From NCBI GenBank assembly GCA_963808235.1, contig CAWEEQ010000004.1, positions 288,001 through 352,000 on the forward strand: 64,000 nt of DNA. Reading direction: 5' to 3'. The DNA comes from an uncultured delta proteobacterium. Lineage in GTDB: Bacteria; Desulfobacterota; Binatia; Binatales; Binataceae. The notes beneath the pieces are model-generated. The model had not been told where the DNA came from. It worked only from the letters and a program-made list of their open reading frames with translations, and ran no database searches. The translations under genes were made by a program, and so were the position numbers. Shown here one piece after another: positions 38,104 to 47,570 of this stretch; the stretch's first letter is position 1; every line of letters begins with the position of its first letter.

Positions 38104-38757
38104 ATGGCACTTAAAGTCGTCGGCGCCGGCTTCGGTCGCACCGGCACGCTCTCGCTCAAGACCGCACTCGAGAAAATCGGCTTTGGCCCTTGCTATCACA
38201 TGGCAGAAGTTTTTTCGCGGCCCGATCACGTCGCGATGTGGCATCGGCTCGCATTCCAAAATTCGATCGACTGGGATCTGCTCTTTGGCGATTTTCGCGC
38301 GACGGTCGATTGGCCTTCCGCGCGATGGTGGCGCGAGATCGCCGCTCACTACCCCGATGCGAAAGTGCTGCTCTCGGTGCGCGATCCGGAAGCATGGTAC
38401 AAAAGCATGATCGAGACCATTTACCAGCCGATGAAATCGCCTGTGCCCGACGGCGTTCCCGAACTCGTCAGGCTTCAGAACGAGATGGTCCGTAAGTCGA
38501 TTCTGTCTGAGACGTTCGACAACCGCTTCGAGGACAAGGCTCACGCAATCGGAGTCTTCGAACGGCATACCGCGGAGGTCCGCGACGCGATCGAGCCCGC
38601 GCGCCTGCTGGTCTTCGACGTGCGTGAAGGATGGGCGCCGCTGTGCCGCTTCCTCGATGTGCCTGTCCCCGACGAACCGTTTCCACGCCTCAACGACACC
38701 GCCTCGACGCAAGCGATGATCCAGCTCATGCTCGAATCAATCCGCAAAGCAACATGA
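38104..38757 (+). CDS. Sulfotransferase-like P-loop protein (Sulfotransfer_4 type)
   Basis: GAGFGRTGTLSLK..LE, CYHM, VDWP, RDPEAWYKS, GWAPLC.FL, FPRLN. Confidence 0.88.
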   Translation: MALKVVGAGFGRTGTLSLKTALEKIGFGPCYHMAEVFSRPDHVAMWHRLAFQNSIDWDLLFGDFRATVDWPSARWWREIAAHYPDAKVLLSVRDPEAWYKSMIETIYQPMKSPVPDGVPELVRLQNEMVRKSILSETFDNRFEDKAHAIGVFERHTAEVRDAIEPARLLVFDVREGWAPLCRFLDVPVPDEPFPRLNDTASTQAMIQLMLESIRKAT

Positions 38758-39569
38758 GCGAGGATTCTCATCGCGAACGCCTGGTGCCGCATGCCGGGAC
38801 CTATCGGCGCGAACTGCCGGTGAGTATCGAGCGGCTCTACGAGAACGCGATCGACTGGGAGCACCTTCCATATCTGCATCGCAGCAGCTTCTCGCGAATC
38901 GAATGTATCGCGGCGGGCCAATGGGGCTTCCGCGCGCGCGCGTGGGAGCATCCCTACGACGAAAGACGCGCGTTCGTAATCGAGCTCAGGCTCGATCGCG
39001 ATCTCAGACGATGGATCACCACCACACTCGAGGGTGTGGGAGCGGGAACCGAGATCTGGACGCACGCGACCGAGCTCGGAGAACAGCGGACCGAAGTGAT
39101 CGTTGACTTCTTCGTGCCGCGACTCGATCCCGCGCGCCGAACGGAGATCAGCGCTTACTACTGCAATCTCTACGCGCGGCTCTACGACGAAGACGTCCAG
39201 ATGATGTCCGAGCGGCAGGCGCAACTCGACGCCGCTTCAAGTAGCGTCGTCGGCGATTCGTCGCCAATCGTGCTCGGAACGTTGGCCGAGGTGCGCGCGC
39301 GGCTTCCGATCGCGATCGAATACGCCGGGCGAACGTTCCGCATCGTCGAAGATGCCGGTGATCTGATCGCCTACTCGATCTTATGCCCGCATCGGCTCGG
39401 CCCGCTCGGCGAGTCCGAGGTGCGCGACGGGATCGTCGAATGTCCGTGGCACGGGCTCCGTTACGACATCCGCACTCGTCGATGCGTCAGCGGCGCGAAT
39501 ATCATCCTGGCGCCTGCGCCGCAGGTTATCGTAGGGGCAGACTCAAAGGTGATCCTCGAACTTCGCTGA
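38754..39569 (+). CDS. Rieske [2Fe-2S] protein with N-terminal oxygenase catalytic-like domain
   Basis: N-terminal ENAIDWEHLPYLH and DEDVQMMSERQ; C-terminal CPH...CPWHG. ATGA overlap with the upstream gene. Confidence 0.82.
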   Translation: MSEDSHRERLVPHAGTYRRELPVSIERLYENAIDWEHLPYLHRSSFSRIECIAAGQWGFRARAWEHPYDERRAFVIELRLDRDLRRWITTTLEGVGAGTEIWTHATELGEQRTEVIVDFFVPRLDPARRTEISAYYCNLYARLYDEDVQMMSERQAQLDAASSSVVGDSSPIVLGTLAEVRARLPIAIEYAGRTFRIVEDAGDLIAYSILCPHRLGPLGESEVRDGIVECPWHGLRYDIRTRRCVSGANIILAPAPQVIVGADSKVILELR

Positions 39570-39641
39570 CTCTTCATCCTAATCTGCCACAGTTTGCCGA
39601 TAGCTTGGCGACCTGCTTGAATCGGCTTCGAGGACGGCATC

Positions 39642-40517
39642 ATGAATTCAGAAATCGAATTGCGCGACCACGTATTCGTCGGCCCCTTGCGCCGCTCGGT
39701 CAACAACGCGAGCCATGTCGAGGGCAGCATTCATGACGATGCGACCGCGACCAAGCTCGGCTTTCGCGGCGGCACCGTGGCCGGATCGATCCATCTCGAA
39801 TTGTTTCCACCGCTGCTGTTGAAGGCGTTCGGCAAGCGATGGTTCGAGCGCGGAACTATCTCGATGTACTTCCTCAACGCGACCACCGACCGCGAAGCAG
39901 TCCGCGCTTCCCTCAAAGAGCCGCCCACCGATGCGACCGACGCGCAGGTCGATATCTGGATCGAGCGCGATGACGGGATGCGCGTCGCGGAAGGCACCGC
40001 GTCGGTTGGAGACTCGACGGAACCGACCGCGTTGCTGCGCCGTCCGCTGGATCGATTCGATGCGGGCCAGTTGCGAATTCTTGGCGGGCTCAAGGTTGGC
40101 GATCGCTTCGATGAGTGCGACGCACTTCTTACCCGGAATGCGATGACCGAGCGGATGAAAGTCATCACCGAACCGCTCGAGTGGTACACCAAACCCTCGC
40201 CATGGGGCGCGCCGATCGCCACGCCGGCGACGATGGTCCAGTTACTGTACGCGCAATCAATTGCGACTCTGCGCGCGAAGCTTGGCCGCGCAGTGGGGCT
40301 GTACGGCGCGATCGAACTGCGCAACATCAACGGCCCGGTCACGGTCGAACATCCTTATAGAGTGACGGGAAGCATCCTGGCGCTCGGCCAGAGTCCGAAG
40401 ACCGAATATATGTGGTTCGAGACCGCGCTGAACGAAGCGGACGGCAAGCGCGTCGCCGAGATGCGGATGTTGCTGCGCTTCATGAAGGCGTCGTCGCCGC
40501 TATATAAGGACGCGTAG
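39642..40517 (+). CDS. Hypothetical protein, probable double hot-dog (MaoC-like) fold
   Basis: SIHDDATATKLGFRGGTVAG resembles the hydratase-2 motif; the second half has SPWG.PIATP and GAIE. Confidence 0.6.
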   Translation: MNSEIELRDHVFVGPLRRSVNNASHVEGSIHDDATATKLGFRGGTVAGSIHLELFPPLLLKAFGKRWFERGTISMYFLNATTDREAVRASLKEPPTDATDAQVDIWIERDDGMRVAEGTASVGDSTEPTALLRRPLDRFDAGQLRILGGLKVGDRFDECDALLTRNAMTERMKVITEPLEWYTKPSPWGAPIATPATMVQLLYAQSIATLRAKLGRAVGLYGAIELRNINGPVTVEHPYRVTGSILALGQSPKTEYMWFETALNEADGKRVAEMRMLLRFMKASSPLYKDA

Positions 40518-40537
40518 GCGCGCCGATCGCGCCCGGT

Positions 40538-41338
40538 TCAGTTCCGTCCGATCAGGATTCCCGCATCCTTGGTCAAATGAATCGCGCCGCGCGCTAAGAT
40601 CTCTTCCTGGACGAAACGGCCGAACGCGTCGATTTGCTCCGCGCGCGCCAGTTTTCCCATCCGGGTTGATTTTACATAATCGACCAGCGGTTGTGATTCC
40701 GTAACGACCAGCGAGTCGGGATACCGGACTAGCTCGACCTGCGCAAACGCCGCACGCATCATGTCGTAACCGTTTTCAAGGCCGAAGTGATCGGCTGGCT
40801 GGCCCTTCGCGACTCCAAAAAATCGCGTCGTGATCTCGCTCATCTCTTTCATGTTGTCGCGGCTGAATGTCGCCGCGCAGCACGCGCCGCCTGGCTTAAG
40901 AACGCGCCCGATCTCGCCGAGCGCACGCGGAACATCGGGAACGTGATAGAGCATGTGGTTCGCGATTACCAGGTCGAAGCCGCCGTCGCAAAACGCGATC
41001 GCCTGCGCGTCAAGTTGCAGCGCCGAAAATGATCTCCCGGCAGTTGCGAGATTCTCGCGCGCCTCGCGCAGTATCCCGCCCGACAGATCCGACATCACGA
41101 TTCGCCATCCGCTCGGAATCCGCGCCGCGTTCTGCCGCCACATCGCGCCCGTCCCCGTTCCGAGTTCCAGGATGACCGCGTCCGCCGGCAGTTCGAATCG
41201 ATCGAAGATCCAGCGGAACACCCCCTACCGATTGGTGCTGAAGCGTGTGTGCAACCGGATGCGCGCGCTCAGGTTCGAACCGTCCTGGTATTGCTCCTTC
41301 AGCAGGCGCCGTGCGCGATCGGTCGAAGCTTCAGTCAT
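40538..41338 (-). pseudogene. Class I SAM methyltransferase interrupted by an in-frame TAG (41225-41227)
   Basis: MTEAST...EQYQDGSNLSARIRLHTRFSTNR*GVFRWIFD...LELGTGTG...DLS...ANHMLYHV...VLKPGG. Confidence 0.75.
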
Positions 41339-41589
41339 GGCCGCGATATTAGCCCGAGCGGCGCGGCCGGTCACGCAGCGAAAGCGTCTTGACCTTTGCG
41401 CGTGGCACTACTAACGGTGGTCGAGCACGCCGAAGTCCGAGCCTAAAACCTTTTTTATGATCTGGTGGGGATCAAAGGAGAAGTCGAAAGCCGCGGGACA
41501 GTAGCTCTAATTGCGCAGCGTTCCTGAGCCGACGATCTCGAATCGTTAAACCGGACGCTGCGCCATTTATGGATCGGGAGGAAGCATCC

Positions 41590-43281
41590 ATGTCTGCGCA
41601 TCGCAACGAAAGTAAACTCTCGCGAAAAATTGTACGCTCAATCATTGTCGCCTTCGCGCTCGTGCTGGTCGGCGCAATCTCCACGCCGCGCGCGCAAGCC
41701 AACGCATCATTGTACGAACAGACGACCCGCGCCCACCGCAGGCATTCCAATGTCAATGGCAACGGCGCTACCAAGACGCCCGCGATCGTCACCGAGAGCG
41801 GGCCGCTCAAGGGCGTCGTCAACGGGAACATCACTGAGTTCCTCGGAATCCCCTACGCCGCACCGCCGGTCGGCAATCGGCGCTGGACGCCTCCGCAGCC
41901 GTTCGGCAGATGGCACGGCGTGCTCGACGCGTCGTCGTTCGGAAACGTATGCACGCAAGGCGGCAGGGGCAGCGAGGACTGTCTGTTCCTGAACATCTAT
42001 GTGCCCAACTTCAAGAAGAACGCCAACCAGCATGGCGGCGCGCTACCCGTGATGTTCTGGATTCACGGCGGCGGCCTCACCGGCGGCGCCGGCTCCGACT
42101 ATGATCCTACTCCGCTCGTCAACCAGGGTGTGATGGTCGTCACGATCAACTACCGCCTCGGATACCTCGGCTTCTTCGCGCAGACCGCAATCGACGGCGA
42201 GGGTCATGAGAACGGGAATTACGGCCTGATGGATCAGCAGTTCGCGATGCACTGGGTGCAGAACAACATCGCTGCCTTCGGCGGCGATCCCGGCAACGTC
42301 ACGATCTTCGGCGAATCCGCCGGCGGACACAGCGTCTATAGCCAGCTCGCCTCGCCGACCGCGGCCGGGCTATTCGCGCACGCGATCGCCGAAAGCGGCT
42401 CCTACATCATCTTCGAGAATTTTCTCCAGGCGATCATACCGATCTCCGAGGCCGAGACGACTGACGACGGCCTGGTACCCTCCGGTGCCGAAATCGCCGA
42501 CTCTGTGGGATGCACCAGTCAGACCGCTGCGTGCCTGCGCGCGGTTTCCAACACCGAGCTGGTCAACGTCGAGGCCGGCACTTTGTACGCTTTCGTCGAC
42601 GGCACGCTGCTTACCGAGACGCCCCAGGCCGCCTTCCAGACCGGCAACTTCAACCGGGTCCCTGTGATCGCGGGCACCAATCACGACGAATGGCGCATCT
42701 TCGTCGCCGACGAGTACGACCTCGTCGGTAATCCGATCCTCACCGAGGGTGAATATGACGACGCAGTCCTCGTGCTGTGGAAGAGTATGCTCGCGCCGTT
42801 CGTCGAGTTCCTCTATCCCTATGCAAGCTTTCCGAGCGGTGGCGTCGCCCTCGGCGCTTCCGGTACTGACGGGATCTTCGCTTGCGGGGCGCGCCAGGCG
42901 GACATATCGCTCTCGCAGTTCACAACCACCTATGCTTATGAGTTCAACGATGAGAACGCGCCGCCCCCGCAGTCGCAAATTCCCGGTTTGACCTTCCCTC
43001 TGGGCGCGTTCCACAGCGCCGAATTGCAGTACCTGTTCAACGTCGGGTTCTTCTTCGAGCTCGATGCCGAACAGCTGGAGCTGTCGGCTGCGATGGTCAG
43101 TTACTGGACGCACTTCGCGGCCACCGGCGATCCCAACAGCCCCTCCACGCCGACCTGGTCGCCCTACAATCCGGGTACCGACATGTTCCAGTCGTTGATT
43201 CCGCCGACTCCGACCGTCGAAGCCACCGACAGCTTCGACCTCGACCATATGTGCTCCGAATTCTGGGACATTATCCCTTGA
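41590..43281 (+). CDS. Secreted carboxylesterase type B
   Basis: FLGIPYA.PP, SEDCLFLN, WIHGGG, FGESAG nucleophile elbow, GAFHSAE. Confidence 0.95.
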   Translation: MSAHRNESKLSRKIVRSIIVAFALVLVGAISTPRAQANASLYEQTTRAHRRHSNVNGNGATKTPAIVTESGPLKGVVNGNITEFLGIPYAAPPVGNRRWTPPQPFGRWHGVLDASSFGNVCTQGGRGSEDCLFLNIYVPNFKKNANQHGGALPVMFWIHGGGLTGGAGSDYDPTPLVNQGVMVVTINYRLGYLGFFAQTAIDGEGHENGNYGLMDQQFAMHWVQNNIAAFGGDPGNVTIFGESAGGHSVYSQLASPTAAGLFAHAIAESGSYIIFENFLQAIIPISEAETTDDGLVPSGAEIADSVGCTSQTAACLRAVSNTELVNVEAGTLYAFVDGTLLTETPQAAFQTGNFNRVPVIAGTNHDEWRIFVADEYDLVGNPILTEGEYDDAVLVLWKSMLAPFVEFLYPYASFPSGGVALGASGTDGIFACGARQADISLSQFTTTYAYEFNDENAPPPQSQIPGLTFPLGAFHSAELQYLFNVGFFFELDAEQLELSAAMVSYWTHFAATGDPNSPSTPTWSPYNPGTDMFQSLIPPTPTVEATDSFDLDHMCSEFWDIIP

Positions 43282-43298
43282 TCTGAATCTCCTGCCGA

Positions 43299-43326
43299 GG
43301 GGGGACGTTCTCGTCCCCCCAATTTC
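43299..43326 (+). terminator. Putative intrinsic terminator
   Basis: GGGGGGACG-TTCT-CGTCCCCCC hairpin about 18 nt after the esterase stop; short T-run follows. Confidence 0.55.
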
Positions 43327-43456
43327 TCGAAAGATATACGGCGAGGCCGCAATGGCCCCGCCGTATGATTTTAGGCGCCGCCTTCAAACGCTTGCGCTCG
43401 GCGACAGACTCTCGCTATGCGTCGAAGTGAACTCGCATCCAAGGCAAGCCGCAGCT

Positions 43457-44275
43457 ATGAACCCCGAATCATCGAACGTCGAATACGAGCTTGAAGATTC
43501 AATCGCCACGATACGGCTGAATCGGCCCGAAAAGCTCAACGCGTTTACCTTCGCGATGATCGAACAAATTCGTGATGCGGTCGAGCGCGCCGCCGCGGAC
43601 GAAAGCGTGGTCGCCATCATTATTACCGGAACCGGTCGGGCGTTTTCCGCCGGCCTCGACGCCGCGGATCTCGCCCGCTCGACCTCAGTTGGTGTCATCT
43701 CGAGCGCTCGCGATTCAGATCCCGGCGAGATGCCCGCGCTGTTCAGCTATTTGCTGCACGTCCCCAAGCCAATCATCGCTGCCGTCAACGGTGTCGCCGC
43801 GGGAGGCGGATTCGTTCTCGCGATGATGTGCGATCTGCGCTTCGCATCGTCCGACGCAAGTTTCACCACCGTATTTTCGAAACGCGGGCTTATCGCCGAG
43901 CATGGCACCGCGTGGCTGTTGCCGCGCATCGTCGGCACCAGTCGCGCTCTCGATCTGCTCTGGAGCTCGCGACGTTTTGATGCTGCCGAGGCGTATCGAA
44001 TTGGATTGGTCGATCGCGTCACGCCGCGTGAAAATCTGCTCGACCAGACCCGCGCCTATCTGCGCGAACTCTCGGCGAACATCTCGCCCAACTCGCTCGC
44101 CGTGATCAAATCCGAGGTCTATCGCCACTGGTCGCTTGCGATGGAACCCGCGTTCCGTGACGCGCACGATCTGATGACCGCCGCGCTCAAGCATCCCGAC
44201 GCCGCAGAGGGCGTCGCCTCGTTCGTCGAGCATCGCCCGCCGCGCTTCAAGCGCATCAAAGGAGAAAAGCCGTGA
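43457..44275 (+). CDS. Enoyl-CoA hydratase/isomerase family protein
   Basis: LNRPEKLNA, FSAGLD, AAVNGVAAGGG, CDLR, GLIAE. Confidence 0.93.
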   Translation: MNPESSNVEYELEDSIATIRLNRPEKLNAFTFAMIEQIRDAVERAAADESVVAIIITGTGRAFSAGLDAADLARSTSVGVISSARDSDPGEMPALFSYLLHVPKPIIAAVNGVAAGGGFVLAMMCDLRFASSDASFTTVFSKRGLIAEHGTAWLLPRIVGTSRALDLLWSSRRFDAAEAYRIGLVDRVTPRENLLDQTRAYLRELSANISPNSLAVIKSEVYRHWSLAMEPAFRDAHDLMTAALKHPDAAEGVASFVEHRPPRFKRIKGEKP

Positions 44276-45054
44276 GCAGCGCCCGCTTCGAAACGATCAT
44301 CTATGAGAAATCGGGACCGGTCGCGCGGCTCACGATGAATCGTCCCGACCGGCTCAATGGAATGACCAATCGGATGCTTATCGAGACGCGAAAAGCTCTC
44401 GAGGCCGCCGCCGAAGACCGCGAGCTTAGAGTGCTGGTCCTGACCGGCGCGGGCAAAGGCTTCTGCCCCGGCGCGGATATCGGCCAGGTCGCGTCGGGTG
44501 CTCCCGACGCTCCTCTCACCGCGGACGATTTCCGCGTCCCGGTGCTTCTCCACCAGATGCCTGCGGTCACGATTGCTGCCGTCAACGGCGCTTGCGCGGG
44601 CGCGGGCCTCGGATGGGCGCTCGGGTGCGACTTCAGATTTGCCGCAGAGTCGGCGCGCTTCAACGTCGCGTTTCTGGACGTCGGCGTTGCCGGCGACATG
44701 GGCGGACCGTGGAGCCTCGCGCGAATCGTCGGTCCAGCGCGGGCTCGCGAACTATATTTTCTTCAAGGCAAGTTCGACGCCGCCGAGGCGCTTAAGATTG
44801 GACTGGTCAGCCGCGTCTTTCCCGATGATCGATTTCGCGATGAGGTCGATGCGCTCGTCAATCGCCTTGCCGATTCAGCGCCGATCGCGCTGCGCACGAT
44901 GAAGGCCAACTTCGTTGACTCGGAGCGCCTGGACTTCGCCGCTTACGTCGCGCTCGAAACCGAGCGCCATATCAAAATGTTCGAGACTGAAGACACCCGC
45001 GAGGCATTCGCCGCCAAAGCGCAAAAGCGCAAGCCTCAATTCAGAGGTCGATAA
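44272..45054 (+). CDS. Enoyl-CoA hydratase/isomerase family protein
   Basis: MNRPDRLN, FCPGAD, AAVNGACAGAG, GVAGDMGG. GTGA overlap. Confidence 0.93.
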   Translation: MSSARFETIIYEKSGPVARLTMNRPDRLNGMTNRMLIETRKALEAAAEDRELRVLVLTGAGKGFCPGADIGQVASGAPDAPLTADDFRVPVLLHQMPAVTIAAVNGACAGAGLGWALGCDFRFAAESARFNVAFLDVGVAGDMGGPWSLARIVGPARARELYFLQGKFDAAEALKIGLVSRVFPDDRFRDEVDALVNRLADSAPIALRTMKANFVDSERLDFAAYVALETERHIKMFETEDTREAFAAKAQKRKPQFRGR

Positions 45055-45089
45055 CTGTTAATCGTTAGCCGCTAACAGGAGAGTTGCCC

Positions 45090-45860
45090 ATGTGGCTAAG
45101 ACTTAGACAAATCGCACTCGTCGCCCACAAACTCGGCGAGATCACCCAGGACCTCCACGACGTATTCGGCCTCGAGGTTGGCTTTCGCGATCCGGGCGTA
45201 AAAGTCTTCGGACTCGAGAACGCTCTCTTCCCGGTCGGCAATCAGTTCATCGAGGTCGTTTCGCCGATTCAGGAGAATACCGCCGGCGGACGCTATCTCG
45301 ATCGCCGCGGCGGCGACGGCGGCTACATGGTCATCTGCCAGTGCGACGATCACGCGCCGCGCAAGCGCCGGGTCGCCGAACTCGGCATCCGCAAGGTGGC
45401 GGAGACCAACGGCCATGAGTACTCGGTGATGCAATTGCATCCGCGCGACACCGGCGGCAGCTTCCTCGAAATCGATTTTCAGAAGGGCGGCGACGATATC
45501 AACGGACCATGGGAGCCGGCCGGCAAGGACTTCCATAAAGCGATTCGCACCGGCGTCATCAACGCAATCGCCGCCGCCGAAATCCAGTCGCCAAATCCAA
45601 AAGACCTGGCCGAGCGATGGAGCAAAATAATCGAGATCCCCGTAAAGCCCGACAATTCAGGCAACCCGAGCCTGCGCCTGGAAAATGCGACTATTCGCTT
45701 CGTCAAGGACACCGACAGCCGCGGCGAAGGCCTGGCCGGCCTCGATCTCGTCGCCGCCAACCGCACCCGCGCGATAGAAGCCGCCACCCGCCTGGGCAAG
45801 CTCAGTCCCGAGGGCACAATCCAAATCTGCGGCATGCGCATGAACCTGGTCGACGCCTAG
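45090..45860 (+). CDS. VOC/glyoxalase-like protein
   Basis: LRLRQIALVA, FGLENA, FIEVVSP, GRYLDRRGGDGGYM, QLHPRD. AGGAG RBS. Confidence 0.8.
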   Translation: MWLRLRQIALVAHKLGEITQDLHDVFGLEVGFRDPGVKVFGLENALFPVGNQFIEVVSPIQENTAGGRYLDRRGGDGGYMVICQCDDHAPRKRRVAELGIRKVAETNGHEYSVMQLHPRDTGGSFLEIDFQKGGDDINGPWEPAGKDFHKAIRTGVINAIAAAEIQSPNPKDLAERWSKIIEIPVKPDNSGNPSLRLENATIRFVKDTDSRGEGLAGLDLVAANRTRAIEAATRLGKLSPEGTIQICGMRMNLVDA

Positions 45861-45871
45861 CTCGATCCGAA

Positions 45872-45932
45872 TACCTCGCCCGTTATTTTTACGGGAGAGG
45901 AAGCCGGCCGCCCGGCGGCCGGCAGGTGAGGG
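45872..45932 (+). repeat. REP-like two-hairpin repeat, copy 1
   Basis: TACCTCGCCCGT-loop-ACGGGAGAGG then GCCGGCCGC-ccg-GCGGCCGGC-AGGTGAGGG; related copy at 59191. Confidence 0.75.
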
Positions 45933-46080
45933 TGCAGGGGACCACGCGCGACGTGCTCGCTTCGCGCATTCCTTCGCGCACCCTTGCCTCGTTTTGGAAT
46001 CGACAATACATTTGGACGCAAATCGCGCCTGTCTTAGAGGCGACGGATATCACTGGCACTTGGCAACGGGGGAGTTTGCG

Positions 46081-46218
46081 ATGCGCCAAAAGAATATTCG
46101 CTCTATAGCTTTCTGGCTTCTGGTCATCAGTTCTTTATTGTCGCTCTACACACTTCGCTCGCGCGCCGACCAGGGCATGAAGACTACTCACGCGATAGGG
46201 ATGAACCGTTCAGCCTGA
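46081..46218 (+). CDS. Possible small membrane/secreted peptide (45 aa)
   Basis: GGGGAG SD; MRQKNIRSIAFWLLVISSLLSLY basic plus hydrophobic N-terminus. Confidence 0.4.
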   Translation: MRQKNIRSIAFWLLVISSLLSLYTLRSRADQGMKTTHAIGMNRSA

Positions 46219-46280
46219 ACGCGGCATTGTTGACCTGCTATTCCTACAGCATAGACAACAGTCACGCTCTTAACTCTTTA

Positions 46281-46304
46281 GTGGCACGGGCGTCCCTGCC
46301 CGTG
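46281..46304. repeat. Short REP-like hairpin
   Basis: GTGG-CACGGGC-GTCCCT-GCCCGTG; I found only one copy in the window. Confidence 0.45.
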
Positions 46305-46420
46305 ATAAACGCTGCAAGCTTCTCCGCCAAAAATAATTTGACGGAACGAAGCTACACATAGAGAGCGGCAGTCCTAAAACCACAACAGGTGGGTAGAAGT
46401 CCAACAAAGGGGAATGCGAG

Positions 46421-46699
46421 ATGTATGAAATCAAATCAGTTGATATTTTCCAGACAGCATGGGTGATGGCGCTGCTTTATGCGATCTTTGCGGAAATCTT
46501 CGGTCTGTTCGTTGGCTTTGTCGCGCTCGTGGATGGAGATCCAGGACGCGCGATGTTTGCAATTTTCTTACTCCCACTCATTTGCGGCTTCATTAGTTTG
46601 ATAAGTAACGCGCTCCTCTGTCGGCTCTACAACGAGATTGCTGGCCGCATTGGCGGCATCGCATTTGAATTTGCTCCCAAAACACCGGGATCAAACTGA
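46421..46699 (+). CDS. Small two-TM membrane protein (DUF3566-like)
   Basis: EIKSVD..TM..TM..LYNEIA..IGGI.FE pattern. Confidence 0.65.
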   Translation: MYEIKSVDIFQTAWVMALLYAIFAEIFGLFVGFVALVDGDPGRAMFAIFLLPLICGFISLISNALLCRLYNEIAGRIGGIAFEFAPKTPGSN

Positions 46700-46800
46700 A
46701 CCAGTGCCAACAAGTGGTATAAATCGCTCGTTTTAGAAGGAAAATTAAAGATCAGAAAAAGTACAAATGAAACGCTTTTGGAACCACCTCGCGAGCGCCG

Positions 46801-47445
46801 CTAACTCAATTTCATCCCCGTGGCGGCCTCGAGTTCCGCGATCGCCTGCGCACCGCTCTCCACCTTGATCGTCGTCATACCCATCGCGCGCGCCGGCTTC
46901 AGATTGCCGCCCAGGTCGTCTACGTAGATGCACGCGCCGGGCGCTACGCCGAGCAGTTCGCACATCATCGTGTAGATGCGCGGATCGGGTTTGCGGATAC
47001 CAGCCTTCGACGACTCGATCACCGCTTCGAACAGTTCCATGATCTCGCGCGCATAGATCGAGCGACTCGTCGCCGCGATGCCCGCCGCGTCCGACGGCAT
47101 GTTGTTCGTGATGCATCCGGTCTTGAACCGGCTCTTTATCCGCCGCAGCGCCTCAATCATCTCGGGCCGAAACTCGCCCGCCAGCAGCGGCAGAACCTCG
47201 CGCCCCGGTATCTCGTAGCCGAGCAGTCTGGCCTCTGCCGCGAACGCCTCGTCGAAGCCGGCAAAGTCCAGCGCCGAGCGCTCGAACCTCGCCCACGCAT
47301 TGTTCTCATGATTGGTCGAATTGATCTTGCGGATCACTCCGACCGGGATACCCCTCTCGCGCTCGTAACGCGCGAACGCCTCGAACGGCGAGGTCGTGAA
47401 CACTCCGCCGAAATCCCATATCACCGCCTCGATCATGGCACTCAT
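46801..47445 (-). CDS. HAD-IA family hydrolase (epoxide hydrolase N-terminal-like phosphatase)
   Basis: VIWDFGGV, ITNN, RKPDPRIY, VDDLGGNLKPA. Confidence 0.9.
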   Translation of the reverse strand: MSAMIEAVIWDFGGVFTTSPFEAFARYERERGIPVGVIRKINSTNHENNAWARFERSALDFAGFDEAFAAEARLLGYEIPGREVLPLLAGEFRPEMIEALRRIKSRFKTGCITNNMPSDAAGIAATSRSIYAREIMELFEAVIESSKAGIRKPDPRIYTMMCELLGVAPGACIYVDDLGGNLKPARAMGMTTIKVESGAQAIAELEAATGMKLS

Positions 47446-47570
47446 AATTCGGAACGAATCGAACTTTGGCAACAGTGTCAACGCCGGTTGGGCAACAGGA
47501 AATATCGCAATCTCGAACGCTGGCGTTTGTCGGGATGCAGAGTCAGAATCCGGCGCAACGGAGGTCTGCT

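Noticed and set aside
46321-46329. TCTCCGCCA identical to the last 9 nt of tRNA-Ser, a possible attR
   Set aside because: A 9-bp GC-rich match is expected by chance in 64 kb, the flanks do not match and no integrase is present.
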